NCBI GenBank assembly: GCA_009602725.1 | Contig: WELB01000028.1 | Span: 915,953-979,952 of the forward strand | Reading direction: 5' to 3' | Source of the DNA: Spirogloea muscicola | Taxonomy: Eukaryota | Length of the DNA stretch: 64,000 nt | Part shown: positions 36,828 to 50,200 of the stretch, one piece after another | Layout: every line of letters starts with the position of its first letter | Numbering within the stretch: position 1 is the stretch's first letter | The notes under the pieces: generated by a model | Seen by the model: the letters and a program-made list of their open reading frames with translations, nothing else | Database searches by the model: none | Told to the model about the DNA's origin: nothing | Position numbers and translations under genes: made by a program

Positions 36828-39800
36828 CGCAGCGGCCGCGCCGGGGCCTCCCGCGCCGCCGCCGCTGGCGGCGGGACTGCCGTCGTGGAGTTCGACCCCG
36901 AGGACTTCTCCGTGGAGCGTCTCATCGGCACCTACGGCTTCATGAGCGTCTCCAGGTCCCGCCCGCCGTCGCCGCCGCCGCCGCGGTCCACCTTCGCGCC
37001 AGCAGCCGCCGCCCTCCGGGACTCCATCGAGCCGGCGCAGCTGACGACCGCCGCTGCCGTGCATCGTCGTCGTCGTCTTCGTGCGTTGCCTCCAGCTACG
37101 CTCCGCCGCCGACGGCCGGCGGCAGGGCGGCGGGCGTGGACGACAACGCGGCGGCGGGCTACGGCCTGCGGGAGCTGAGCCAGATGGCGGGGCAGGAGGT
37201 CGGCCAGGGCGGCGTCCAGACCAGGTGACGCCGAGGCCGGGGCCTCCGAGCGCCATGGCTGCCGGCGAGCCCCGCCTCTCTTCGCCGCGCTCCTGACTCG
37301 AGGAGGCAGGTTCAAATCCTGTAGAATGCGTTGCACTGAGGGATTGCGCGGCAGCCTCGGCCCTCATCGAGCCTCGGGCGCGCGCCGCCCTGCAGGCTCT
37401 ACAAGGGACGCATCGCCCGCGGCCCGCGCATGGGCACGCGGGTCCTCATGAAGGTGAACCTGAACCTCAAGTATGAAAGTCTCATCTTTGCTGCTCCTGT
37501 CAGACAGCCTGCCCCGAGGTGGCTAATATTTGAAAAGGATTTGACGCAGTGATAAAAGAATGGCAAAAACATTAGTAGTAGTGACCACACAGAGAAGAAG
37601 AGCAATAAGAAGAGAAGACCGCAATAGTTCCACGAGACAGACCAATCTCGTGGGCTGAACGGCAGCGCAAGCCTGGTGGGCGCTCACCCAGGTGTATCCC
37701 GGGCGCCTCGCCGGGGGCCTGCTGGCCGACAGCATGGCGGCCAACGAGCTGGCGGCGCACTCAGCCCTGCAAGGCGCCGGCGCCGCGGACGACCCCTCCA
37801 ACATCGTGGTGCTGCTGGGCGGCTTCCAGACGCAGACTACTGGCGAGCAGGTCAGCTCCCCTCTGCTCTTGGCTGCGCAGTGATGCTGTGCTGCTTGCCT
37901 GTAGTACCGAGTTTACCTTCTTAGACCTCCCAGACAAGGTACTGGCATAAATCAGTGAGAGCCAGACAGTCGCTGACTTTTCTTCAGAGCTGGTGACATG
38001 GCACGAGCTCGTGTGTCGGGCAGTGGCTCGTATTCAGGGACAATGGCACCTACTCCACCGCTGACTATGCCAAGCGCGCTGCGGCGGCCATGGATGAGGG
38101 CGCATCGGTTGGTGAGGGAGAGTTCTGGGACCGCTGGGACAAGGCTCGGCCGGTCTCCCGGCGGCGCGTCTTTGTCGTGAAGCTCCTGCGCGGCCTCATG
38201 TCAGGCCTTGCACAGCTGCACGCCTTGGGCCGCCTCCACCAGAGCCTTGGGCCTGCCTCCGTTGTGCTCAAGTGCGTGCTACCTGCTGTCATTGCAACCA
38301 GCACTGCTTGAGAAACGCTGCAGGCTGGCTAAAGCCGAAGCGTAGGGTTCACATGTAAGAGTCTAGAAAGAGTATTCAGAATCTTCTGCTTGTCCCCTCT
38401 CGCCTCGCACGGCTGCTAATCGGTGCTTGTATGTATGGAAGTTCTCTATGCGATCCACTGAATCTCTGGAGATGCATATGAAGTAGGAACTCCAGTCAAG
38501 GGTCTGTGAGATGTAGCCCAGGTGCTGGTTTTGCAGCGTGCTTGAGGAGCGCGATGTGCTATTTCTGCAGCCCCGGTTGCGGGATCTGGCCTTTGCAGTT
38601 GATGTCAGGTCTGTCATGCAAAGATGAAACACACCTTGAACAAGTAGCCAACTAGCATTTCCTAGAGCAGGTATTCTGTAGCAGGCACAACAATTGTGAA
38701 GTTCAGGCAACAGCTGTCATAAGGAAGATGTGAGCCAAGTTGCAGATGTGCGGTACGCAGGTGTGCAATTCTGCTGTCAGCTTGCCAAGCTCACAGAAAT
38801 TCATTGATAAAATAACCTTAGGCTATCAGTGTCAGGACCTTAGTTGTTGCTCACGGTAGCTGATTGGTGGGCTGTTGCCGTGGCAGTGATGCAGCAGTCT
38901 TTGGAGGTCTTAATCCTAGCACCTCAATGAGCCGCCCTCCAGAGGGTTCGCCAGCAGATCTGGCGGACAGCCTGTGGCGGCGGGCCGTGTCTGCTGGCGC
39001 TGCCACAGCGCTTGACCGCAAGGCTTTTGGTGTTGCTGATGACATGTGAGCTCACGCCATCGCATCTGAAATATCTCGATCCACATGATGTAACCTTGTG
39101 CCGCTCAATCATCTGCAACGCCAATAATCATCCCGGAAGCATCTGCAAACACATGCGTGCAAGTCAACAAGTCTTGATATTAAAACAACCGTCTGCAATC
39201 TCACCGCAGGAATCTCTTCTACTTCCTCTTTAAGAGTTTACCCAACTGCATGCCTTGGACAGGTGGTACAGATTTCACAATAAGGCACAGAAGGTCAATC
39301 AGGTCACATCGTTTTGCCTAACGCAGGAGCTTTGTGTACCATATTGTGCAGTTATGCAGCAGGCCTCCTCTTTGCATATTGTGCCTTTGCACCTTTCTGC
39401 AAAACGGGGAGTGTGGATGGGCCTTCACTGCAGGTCCTTGATAATGGACTGTATACATTGCCAGCAACTTGATGAACACTTGGTCTCGAATGTTCGTCAA
39501 AATTGTAATTTCTGTTGTTGTCCTTACGTACATATCAGGCTGAGCTGAACAATTCCTCTCTTTTAACCTCTTGTTCATGTAGAGGTTGTTTGAAAGTACC
39601 TTCCGTTTGGATCTGCGAGCTGCCCAAGAGTAAGATATGCAGCACCCTAGACGACTTGAAACGATGAGGTGTTTGACGGTCTGTCTGCTCCATGATGTGT
39701 CCCATGGAGTGTGTCTCACAGTCCCAAGTAAGGCTTCATCAAGCAACTCTCATTTCTGCGTCACGCAGATTGTTATTTGCTGCGAGATTGCTTTCTTATG

Positions 39801-40186
39801 TGTGACTGCGGACAGCCGTAAATACCCTCCTGATTCTACCATGCCTGGCTGGCAGATACTGTGCTGCAGATGACAGGTGGATTGAAGCCGTCAAGTTTTT
39901 GGATCTGGGTGGTGGAGCAGGCTGGGAACTCTTGCAGGTACAAAGCAGCTGCTTTGTCTCCTCGGTTATGAATTACCTAAAGGATTGGTACTCGCACTTA
40001 CGTCTAGGAAGATGTGTGCTGTCTGCTTCAAGCCCAATTGAAGACGCCCAATATAGCTCAAGACTGCTCCCTGATCTCTGGCTCGCGTGCTTTGGCTTGC
40101 AGGCAATGCTGAATCCAGATTATCGGCAGCGCCCCACTGCTGAGGCCGTCTTGAGTCATCGTTTCTTGACTGGGAGCTTGCTGTAG
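36828..40186 (+). CDS. Protein-kinase-like protein, probably plastid (STN7/PAP14-related family); 5' end at single-N gap
   Basis: VYPGRLAGGLLADSMAANEL, LLGGFQTQTTGEQWL, LHQSLGPASVVL, PRLRDLAFAVDV, FGVADD, GAGWELLQ|AMLNPDYRQRPTAEAVLSHRF-like kinase C-lobe end. Confidence 0.8.
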
Positions 40187-41694
40187 CCAGGCCTCATTTC
40201 CACCACACTTCGCGGCTAATCTGTGCTGCATTCTTTCATTCTTGCAAATCGACTGAGCCGAACAGAGGTGACAAGCAGCTTAAGATAGACATTTGAATTG
40301 ACAGGCACATTCTGTGCATGCATAGGGAGCTTAAGCGGTTGAGGTTTTTCAATCCAAAGGCAGAAGATTGCACTTGCGTGTTGTGACCATAACTAACAAG
40401 GTAGCAAGAGTCTCACCATCTGCGTCCTCGTGCATATGTTGCAAGCTTCATCAGTTGGATGAATAGCTGGCAATGGAGAGAGTTCCCAGTTACCGAGTAC
40501 TAAGGATACCTCAATCTACAGTGATGCTAAATCTGCAGACTGCACTTCAAGCTGGCAAAGAGACGTTGATTCTCACTGACAGTGTTGTCCCGAGGTCATG
40601 CATAGCTTGTAGTGATATGTAGTGGCGTCTTGTGCGCAGCACCAGATGACACTCTTATGACGCAAGCTTACTGCAGCAAATCAAGACCAGGCGCAGATAG
40701 CCCTGTGACTGCTCTGTAACAGAGTCATATTCCATGGTTGCGATGAATGGCACTGCTTTGTCACAAAGTGGGCTGCGGCGGCAGGCCGAAGGACCTGCAA
40801 TGGATCGGGTTACGATTTACACAGTGGCTAGGAGCAGAATAACAGGCATAGTCTATGCACAGACTGTGCTTGGTTCTCTGCAGCTGGTGAGAGGAGTCCC
40901 TGTGCAGAGGTAACTGGCCGACAACTTGCAGACACGCCAGGTAGCTACTGAGAATGGCAGGCATGCAGGTGAACATCAATACTTTCATCGAATCGAGAGA
41001 CGCCATTGTGCAGTAAGAGGAAGCAAGAGGTCAAACGGCCTCCCTCTTCACAAAACAGCCGTGATGCCTCACAAAAGATCTTGGTGCTCATGGCGTTGCT
41101 TCACTTCAGCAGAAGAACTCCATAATCTATCATCGAGGTTTCTAAGTCCGCATCTCATGAAGTCATTACTCGTCTGAAGGTTCTTCAAGGTGTTGCTGAT
41201 AAATTTTGCAAAGGACATAGTTGGCAAAGAGCGTGTGGAGGCTAAGTGTCAGAAGGGCGCCAGCAACATATGCATGAAAAGAAGCAAGCACACGAATGAA
41301 CTACCTTGCTGCTAAAATGCAGGAAGAAGTTGGTGTGGGCTTACTGAGATCACGAACTACCTGGACTACTGAAAGTGTGTCATGCCATATCTGATCTAGG
41401 ACGCTTAATGGCACGCTCTGGTTGCTCGCTCTTCTTTGAAGCCGTCAGTTGAACAGAGAGAAGGGACCAGGTTGCCAAACTGTCTCACTTGCCCAACAAG
41501 TAGCAGCAAGGGCTTTGAGATTTGGTCCTTTAAACAAGTCAGCAGTATTTGCCCTGGCACTGTCTTGCTTGCATTTGCCCACCTGTTGCAACAGGTAGAT
41601 GACGCAGTCACACGCTCTTGTTTGATGGCAAGACCCTGAATATTAAACCTAGGTTAACTAGTGCAAAAAAATCGTGTGGTGAATGCACGCACCA

Positions 41695-44270
41695 TCAAGC
41701 AGGGTTTGACAGAGTGGGGTCAAAGGCCTGGCCAGGCTTGCCCTCAACCTCAGCCTCAACCTGGTCAACCAGGCCTATGTCATAAATGGGATAGTTCCTG
41801 AAGCCCGGCACGATCTGCCGGAACAGCCACTCAAGCGCCGCGCCTAGCAGCATGCCAACAACAGAAAAGCCTACAGCAAGCATGAACGGAGGCCAATCAT
41901 ACGAGACTAGGAAAATCCGATGAATGACGTCGCCGTACTTTTCGTAAGACTTCTTGTTCACCTCCGCCCACCAGAATAGAGAGGAGAAGGAAACGGCGCA
42001 GCCAGAGAGGCACGAGAAGGGCGTGACAAGCTTCTGGGACCAGCGGCCTTGCCACATGCCGGCCAGCACGGGCACAGTGGACGTTGTCGTGATGAGATTG
42101 GCCAGCAGGAAGAGCTGGAGTATGTTGTAGCCTTGGAGGGAAACGATCATCGGCGGCACATTGAGTACAAGCACGAGGATGCGGATGATGAGGAGGTTGA
42201 CCTTGGGCAGGACTGGCTTCACAAATACGCACGTGATGCTGTCCACGATCGCATTCTGCAGGGCCAGCCACTCAACAGTGCAGTCAGCCTCCAGGTCCTG
42301 AGGACCAGCATTCTTGGCTCTCTTGCTGCCGGGGAATGTATATGTATAGGGGGAGACTGCCAGGATCCAGAGTCAGAATCTCAGACCTTTGCACGCTGTA
42401 CTCCCATTTCTAGGTGCTAGACCCTCTAAAACCCGTGCCAGACACTGCAGAAGGGGCAGCCTCTGCTGCTTGCAGAGAGTGACAGACCTGCAAAGAGTCG
42501 ATGGCAGATTCGCTCATGGTGACGGACAGAACGCTGACGAGCACAAGAATCCAGGTCTTATGACGCAGCAGCGAGAAGAGGATGGTGTTGCCGGTGTCAT
42601 CTGGCCCCGCTGGCTGCCACACACTGCCCCACACTGCCAGGAAGCCTGTGGCAAGGCCTCATGACAGCTTATCAGGTCAACGTTGTCGATCCTTCTACAC
42701 CTGGAATGTTGCTCTCACCATCTGCAGGAACTGACATTTGCGTTCGAGCCGCTAATACAGCCAAATGAGCACCACATGAAGAGCTCATATAACAACAATA
42801 AGCCTCCCTTTTGTTCAGCGTAAAGCCTGACCTCCAAAGCCGCTTAGGAAGACGACAACGATCACGGCGCAGCAGCCCAAAGTTGCACCCCACATGAGCG
42901 TGCGGTTGTCGGCGGAAGCCCAGCACCTATTGCCCAGGGCAAGACATCTGTCAGAGCTTTGCTTTGGAAGGGAGCGCCGATGCAAGTATCGAGAATTCTC
43001 CTGCAGCAGGTGACAGGCAAGCCCGTGCAGACCTCTGCCACATGGCCTCGCTGAAGATGGTGGAGGAGATAAGCGAGATGGGCAGAACAGCAATGGAGGA
43101 AAGGCCGCTGTAATTCTCCCAGTTGAGATAGCCAAGGGGCTGGTCCAGCGGAGCGTCGAACGTGACGCCCACGTAGACAAGGAGCAGGCCGAAGATGACG
43201 ATGCTCAGCAGCGCCTGCATTGCACCAGGGCAAACAGAACCTCAATATAAATATATCAAGAATACATTCAAAAGCAGAACGGAAGCCATGGAGCCATTAA
43301 TTCCGTGCCAAGCATATGCCCTTTGAAAGTCTAGGACATTTGCAGCCCAAGCAGCAGGTGGCCAATTGACCTCTGGCTTAAGTAATGCGAGCTGCAAAAA
43401 CATGCTGGTTACTGCCAACAAGGTCAGAAGGGCAACGAACGGCACAAGTCGCGTCAGCTTCACCTGCCACTGATCGGTGATGATGGAGACATAGAGGCCG
43501 CCAACTGCAGTATACACAGCGGCAATGATTCCGACAATAATGACAATAGGCCATCGCTTGGTGCCAAGGATGTACTGGAAGAGGTCACCCATGGCCGTGT
43601 ATTCTGCAGTGAGGGCAACGCCCATGTTGAAGAGGACAAGGAGCGCTACATAGACTTGCACCAGCCTGCAACCAGGGGACCACATCACGCCAGAGTGTGG
43701 CGCAGATGAGGCAGCTGCCAGGTGAGTCCAGCACAAGCCATCAATGTAGGAACGAAAACCACATGGGCGACTATGCAGCCCCAAGACTGTTCTTGTGGCC
43801 AATGAGCTGCTCGAGCAAGCAAAGTCATGACGAGGGTCTATTAAACAGTTGCCGATTGCTCAGCTTGTCATTACAGTCACACTGGAGTCAAAGCACTGTA
43901 AGTACCAGAGTACATACTGTGAACAGCCTTATGACGAGTAGACAAGCTGTAACGAGACAACACCCAGCGAGCGAAGCGCGGCCAACGCAAGAGGCCCCTG
44001 CAGCAGCTGCAGCTGCAGCCTGAATGGGAGCGGCTGCAGGTACCAAATGCGGAGGCGTGACTGCACCTGCCGAAGCGCTTGTAGACATAGTCGGTGAAGC
44101 TCTGGAGGTGGGGCATGCGCTTCTGGAGGTACGCGCCAAAGGCGGCGATGATGATGATGGGGACGCCCGACGAGACGGCGTAGATGATGACGCCGAGGAT
44201 GCCGGCGTACCACGCGTAGCTCGGTGGCCCGAACAGCACCCAGGAGCCCACTGCCGCCGCGTAGAAGGAC
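41695..44270 (-). CDS. Sodium:solute symporter family transporter (fungal DUR31-like rather than plant DUR3); N-terminal exon missing
   Basis: AAAVGSWVLFGPPSYAWYAGILGVIIYA, SFTDYVYKRFG, AVYTAVGGLYVSIITDQWQ, FSEAMWQRCWAS, SESAIDSLQNAI, LFLLANL. Many transmembrane segments. Confidence 0.85.
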
Positions 44271-44334
44271 CTGCGGCGCGCGCAGCGAGGAACGGCAGCA
44301 GTCCCAGTGCCATCAGCTCCCAAGTGCCATCAGC

Positions 44335-45977
44335 CGCCGCCGCGGCAGCCGTGGCCAGCGGCGGCGGCGGCGGCGGCGGCGTCGCCGCGGCCAAGTACCG
44401 CGGCATGCTGGGCACCATGGCCACGATCGCGCGCGAGGAAGGCACCGCGGCCCTGTGGAAGGGCCTCGTCCCGGGCCTGCACCGCCAGATCCTCTTCGGC
44501 GGCCTCCGCATCGGCCTCTACGAGCCGGTGCGCCAGACGGCGGGCTGCCTACTAACCGAATACTACTTGAACGAATGTTACGGATATCGTCTAGATGTCT
44601 AGTTACTGTGTATTACTTGAATTTCACGAGAACACAAGATCTGGTTACCTAGATCATGTATTCTGCCTCGTTCAGTGCCCCACTTAACTAGCAGAAGCTG
44701 GAGCACCAGCAGCAGCAGCGCCGGCTGCGCAGTGGGTGCACCCCGACTTTGGTATTGTGCCGTCGTGCGCAGGTCAAGTCCGTGATCGTTGGCAAGGACC
44801 ACCAGGGCGACGTCCCCCTGTACAAGAAGGTCGCCGCCGCGCTCCTAACAGGTGCGGCTCGCTGTCGCTCTGAGCGAGTTGCACGAGGGTTTAGGATTTG
44901 GGTTCAGTGGCGCGTGTACGCTGCTATAAGTTCCAACATCGAGCGACGGTTTGGGTTTTCAAGTGACGGTTGGCGTTGTAGCTCTACTGGGTTGCCTGTG
45001 TGATGGCAACAGTTTGCCGCCAGCCTTGTCCGTACTTGCCTGGCAGGCGCGATCGGCATCACGGTGGCCAGTCCCACGGACCTGGTCAAGGTGCGGCTGC
45101 AGTCGGAGGGCCGGCTGCCGCCCGGCACTCCCCGGCGCTACTCGGGCGCCATGAATGCATATGCTACCATCATCCGGCAGGTTGGCGATATGCGCGAGCT
45201 GAGCATCAACAAGCTTGCCTGAAGCTTGTTGACAATCGCCTCTCCTTAGGCAGCTGTCCTGCGTGCACACCTGAGTCTGCTGCAATTGCTGCAGCCGCCG
45301 ATGTGGCTAGTGCAGCTATGTGGTATCAGAGGGCGAGTCTAACAAGTGCACATATGTCTGACTTGTGAGCACAGGAAGGCGTGGCGAAGCTGTGGACAGG
45401 CCTGGGACCCAATGTTGCTCGTAACGCCATTGTGAATGCGGCGGAGCTGGCGTCATACGACCAGATCAAGCAGGTCAGGGGCTCCTCATAGATTCTCAAC
45501 CAGGAAGACAACAGGGGGGCTGCAACAGCTCCTGGCGTATCATAGCAATCTGCTCTGAGGCTGCTGTCGCTGCGCTGCTCACTGGACACTCATACCTAAG
45601 TCTGTGATGAGACTCTGCAGTCGCTCCTGAAGCTGCCAGGGTTTGAAGACAACATTGTCACGCACCTCTTCTCCGGGCTCGGGGCTGGCTTCTTTGCCGT
45701 CTGCATCGGCTCGCCAGTAGATGTGGTGAGGTTGGAGATGGCCTCAGCTCCTATGCAGCTTCTTGATGATCAGTTTCTTAACCGAAATGCATGGGTGCGT
45801 CAATTGTTCCTTATCAGCGCTGCCCATTCAGTAGTCCTCTGTTATAGGCTTGTCACTTGAACCCAATGGCGGCCTGTCTGGTGCTGCTGCTGCAGGTGAA
45901 GTCGAGGGTGATGGGCGACTCAGTTGGCCAGTATAAGGGCACCATTGACTGCTTCGTGAAGACGTTTGCTAACGATG
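44335..45977 (+). CDS. UCP: Mitochondrial uncoupling protein (PUMP/UCP1-like); N-terminus missing, 3' end in gap
   Basis: [82 protein letters not shown]. Confidence 0.93.
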
Positions 45978-47283
45978 TNNNNNNNNNNNNNNNNNNNNNN
46001 NNNNNNNNNNNNNNNNNNNNNNNNNNNNNNNNNNNNNNNNNNNNNNNNNNNNNNNNNNNNNNNNNNNNNNNNNNNNNNNNNNNNNNNNNNNNNNNNNNNN
46101 NNNNNNNNNNNNNNNNNNNNNNNNNNNNNNNNNNNNNNNNNNNNNNNNNNNNNNNNNNNNNNNNNNNNNNNNNNNNNNNNNNNNNNNNNNNNNNNNNNNN
46201 NNNNNNNNNNNNNNNNNNNNNNNNNNNNNNNNNNNNNNNNNNNNNNNNNNNNNNNNNNNNNNNNNNNNNNNNNNNNNNNNNNNNNNNNNNNNNNNNNNNN
46301 NNNNNNNNNNNNNNNNNNNNNNNNNNNNNNNNNNNNNNNNNNNNNNNNNNNNNNNNNNNNNNNNNNNNNNNNNNNNNNNNNNNNNNNNNNNNNNNNNNNN
46401 NNNNNNNNNNNNNNNNNNNNNNNNNNNNNNNNNNNNNNNNNNNNNNNNNNNNNNNNNNNNNNNNNNNNNNNNNNNNNNNNNNNNNNNNNNNNNNNNNNNN
46501 NNNNNNNNNNNNNNNNNNNNNNNNNNNNNNNNNNNNNNNNNNNNNNNNNNNNNNNNNNNNNNNNNNNNNNNNNNNNNNNNNNNNNNNNNNNNNNNNNNNN
46601 NNNNNNNGCCGGGCGCCGGCTGGCGGCGCGTCCGCGCGCGACCGGCCTGGCGGTCGCCCCTTTGCCGCTGCGAGGGCCCCGCCTCCCGGAGCCTCTGCCC
46701 GCTTCCCTTGTGCCGTCGACGGCGACGCAGCCGTCCTCTAGGCCGTCGTCATGAGGTGCGCTGCCTGAGAGGAGCCCAGACTGGCTCGGTGGACTTGGCG
46801 GCAGCCTCCCGAGGGCACCGCCTTCCAAGGCAGGGCTTTCAGTGCTCGAAAGGCCAGTGGAAGCGCGCCAAGTGGCCCCCCGGCGTGCTACCACCAACAC
46901 CTTACCGACGAGGCGTGGCAACAGCGGCGGCAAACAGCATCGAGGCTGTCTGCACTGAGACGCTCGCAGGTCGGGACATCCAGGCCATCGGCTCTCGTCT
47001 GGATGTAGCCACTCTGCATGCACACTCTGCATTCGCTGCACCGGGCCTGCATGCTGGCCAGCAGTGAGTGCCCGCAGCGTCAGCGGCAGAGCGCTCCTGC
47101 GAGTGTCCGCTTGGCCCCCGCATGGTGTGAGCATGCATGCAGTTGCCGGCTACCTGGCCCATAGTGTGCTGTTACTTGACATGCGCACAAGATAACCTCC
47201 TCTTCTAGTAACTTGTGCGCTCCAAGCAGGGCTGAGTGGTAGTTCGCACTTGCTCGAGGCTGCTGGGCAGCATCACTGGTCCA

Positions 47284-50200
47284 ATGGCAGCATCAACGCT
47301 GGGCATTGTCGTCACCGAGCATGATGTGAGTACAACACTGAGGCTGCCACAACAGCTCGACCCGTACTTGTGCAGCCTTGAGAGGGTCAGTGCTGAGGCT
47401 TTGTGCTCACCAAAGGTCCTGCTCAAGATAAGGCAGTCCTGCTTCTCCTTGTGTATGCGTTTCCTCGTCGGTGTCCTCTTCTCACGCCACCAGGTGCATA
47501 GGAGGGCCTTAGCTGGGCCTCATGTCCAAGCCAGCCTTCACACCCACCAAGAAACCGTGTCTGCTAACTGAGACCATCGAAGACCCTTCCTGCTGCTTAC
47601 ACAGCACCTCCTTGTGACAGGATGCCAGCAGTGTGGACGACTCGCTTGACAGCCCAGTTGCAGTATCACTCCGGCAACAGTTCTCTTCAGATGGTAATGT
47701 GGATGACATGGTCGACAGCCCCATCACAGCAACATTACGGCACCACTTCCAGTCAAGCAGTAGGCTTTCCCGTCAGAGGTCGCTGGACAGCCCCATCACA
47801 GTAACACTGCGACAACATTTTGAAATGGATGACAGGCTCTCGCCCCAGAGAGGTGAGTCAGGCTTGTTGCTTCAGAGACATTGCAGTGGAGCTCCTCTGT
47901 GAAGCTCCTACCTTTGGAGAAGCTCATCAGATCTGTAACATGGCATCCCTGCTTGGCTTGCTCCCATAATTGGCCTGAGGTTGGCACAGTTTCAATCAAT
48001 GAAGTCCTTTCATGTGTTCCTGACTTCCACTGCTTGTAAAGATGCAGGTGAGTCAGAGAAGGTGGCCTACCCAGACGATGAAGTGTTGAGGCATATGCAA
48101 GTTGCAGAGGAGGCTGTCAGCGGTACGTCGGTGTTGTGTCTAGCTCCATGGCAAGCAAAAGCTAGTGGTACATCATGCAGCTGAGTGACAGTAGCTGAGG
48201 AGAAGAGAAGCATCAGGCTGTAGTATATGCACATCTCAGATCGAAGGTCTTTGTTTGCATCTAAATGTCAATGCCGAAATCTTCCCACCGGCCAAGTACA
48301 CAATATAATGATTCCTAATCTGAGTTGCACAAGACCAGGATGGGAGCGAGCGACTGCTGAATCCAAAGAGCTGAAAGCGCGACTGGGCAATGCCCTGCAT
48401 GACATCCAGGCTCAAGAGGTCAAATGTACAAGGCTTGATGCAGCACTGAAGGTCAGGCTAGTGAAAGCAGCTGATGTGATGCATGTCGATGCCAAGCATG
48501 CAAGTGAGCGAGCTAGACCTGCACGTGGTTGCAAGTCAGCTATTCTTTAGATGGTGATATGTCAGCGACCTCCATGTGGCAGGAATGCATGCGTGAGCTG
48601 CGCAAGGCACGGGAGCAACAAAGCAAGAGCTCCTCAAGAGCTTCAGGCCTGACCGCTGATTCAAACCAAGAGAACAGCCAAACTCCTCTCCTGGCTGAGC
48701 AAGACATTCCAGCAAGAGTGGAGAAGGCACTGGCATACAAGCGGGACGAGTGGGAGGAGGTAAAGAGAGGTCTGGAAGCCAAAGCTACCGAGATGGAGCA
48801 ACAGATGCAGGACTTGATGTCGGAGATGGATGCTATGGCCGTGGTCTTGGAGGACCGAGCCCTCATCATACATGTATGACTGCTGCATCATCTCCTGACC
48901 ACAGTCTAGCATGAGTTGTTGAGACCTACTATTGAGGTGCATTCTGCTCATAAGTGTTGTCCCCACTTTTGATGGATGATGAATCTATAGCAACAGTCAT
49001 ATTGGCTGCTTGACAAGTCAAGAAGCAATAGTCAGGCCAGCCTCTGTGATGAAGCTGATTAGGTAGGTCAGTCTCTAGGTAAGTGTCAGAAGCTAAGGAG
49101 AAAGCACTAGGAGCCAAGAAGATTCATGACGGCCTGATTGATTTCTGACAGGACCTGGAAATTGCTAAGGTGCGCTCGGAGAAGGAGAGGGAACAACTTG
49201 CTCTGCTTCTGGAGGAACTGGAACAGGAAAAATGCTCCACAGCTGATGAAGAGGATGACTCTCATACAATCATTGGCACTGCGGCAAGAAGTCATTCAGG
49301 TGATCATGCTGGAGCCGTAAGCGGCATAGAAACGGATGGCAAGTGCCGAGCAGAGCGCAAGGACCTGGACAGGATAGACTTGGACGTTGGCCGGCTGGAG
49401 GAGCTAGAGCTTGAGTGCAAACAGTTGAAGGAGATGCTACATGCCTTTAAGACGAAGCAGGCAGAGGACAGACTACAGCAGCTTGAGGCTGAAGTGAAAG
49501 AAGTCAAGGAGGTGGCAGATAAGGTGGATGGCAGTGCTCTATCTTATCAGAGTGACAGTGATAGTGGGTCCAGCTTGACAGAAGCCAGTCAACGTGATGT
49601 GAGGACCCCAACTGCAGCCAAGCAGCGGCCGCGGCTAACATTCTCAGACGGACTGCACGTGGGTGCTCTGAACTCTGTCGATGCGAAGGCTGAGCCCCAA
49701 GCATGGGAGCAGGAGAAGAGTAAGCTGACATCTGCCTTAGAGAAGAGAGAGTCTGAGCTCCAAGAGATGACTGAGCTGTGCGAGGCGCTGCAGCGCAGTC
49801 TGAGGGCCATGCAAGGCCAACTTCAGACCATGGAAGCAGAGGGGTCCACGAGCTCAGGCTCATTTCAAACGGCTGCCAGTCTAGTTGTGGCTCTCAGGTA
49901 TGCCACTGCGGTGCTGCACGTGTGTCTCTATGTCACGTGCTAATTCCCAGCTGTGTGAGGCCTGGGCAAACCTGACAATTCTCTGCAGTAATACATGATT
50001 ATTGGGTTGTTATCTAAGGGTGATGACTCTTTGCTCTGTCATACCGTGCAGTGACACTGCTTCCAGCCGTTCAACGGGAAATGTCATGGATCATCAACTC
50101 CATGAGCAAATGGTGTGGCTGCAGAACGAACTCTGCGAAAGCCAGCAGCACAGGGCTCGCCTTACAATGGATGTTTCGAAGGTGCAAGAGAATGTTACTC

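Noticed and set aside
37306..37322. tRNA T-arm/B-box-like GCAGGTTCAAATCCTGT in a kinase intron
   Set aside because: No D-arm, anticodon arm or acceptor stem can be folded around it; at most a tRNA/SINE scrap.
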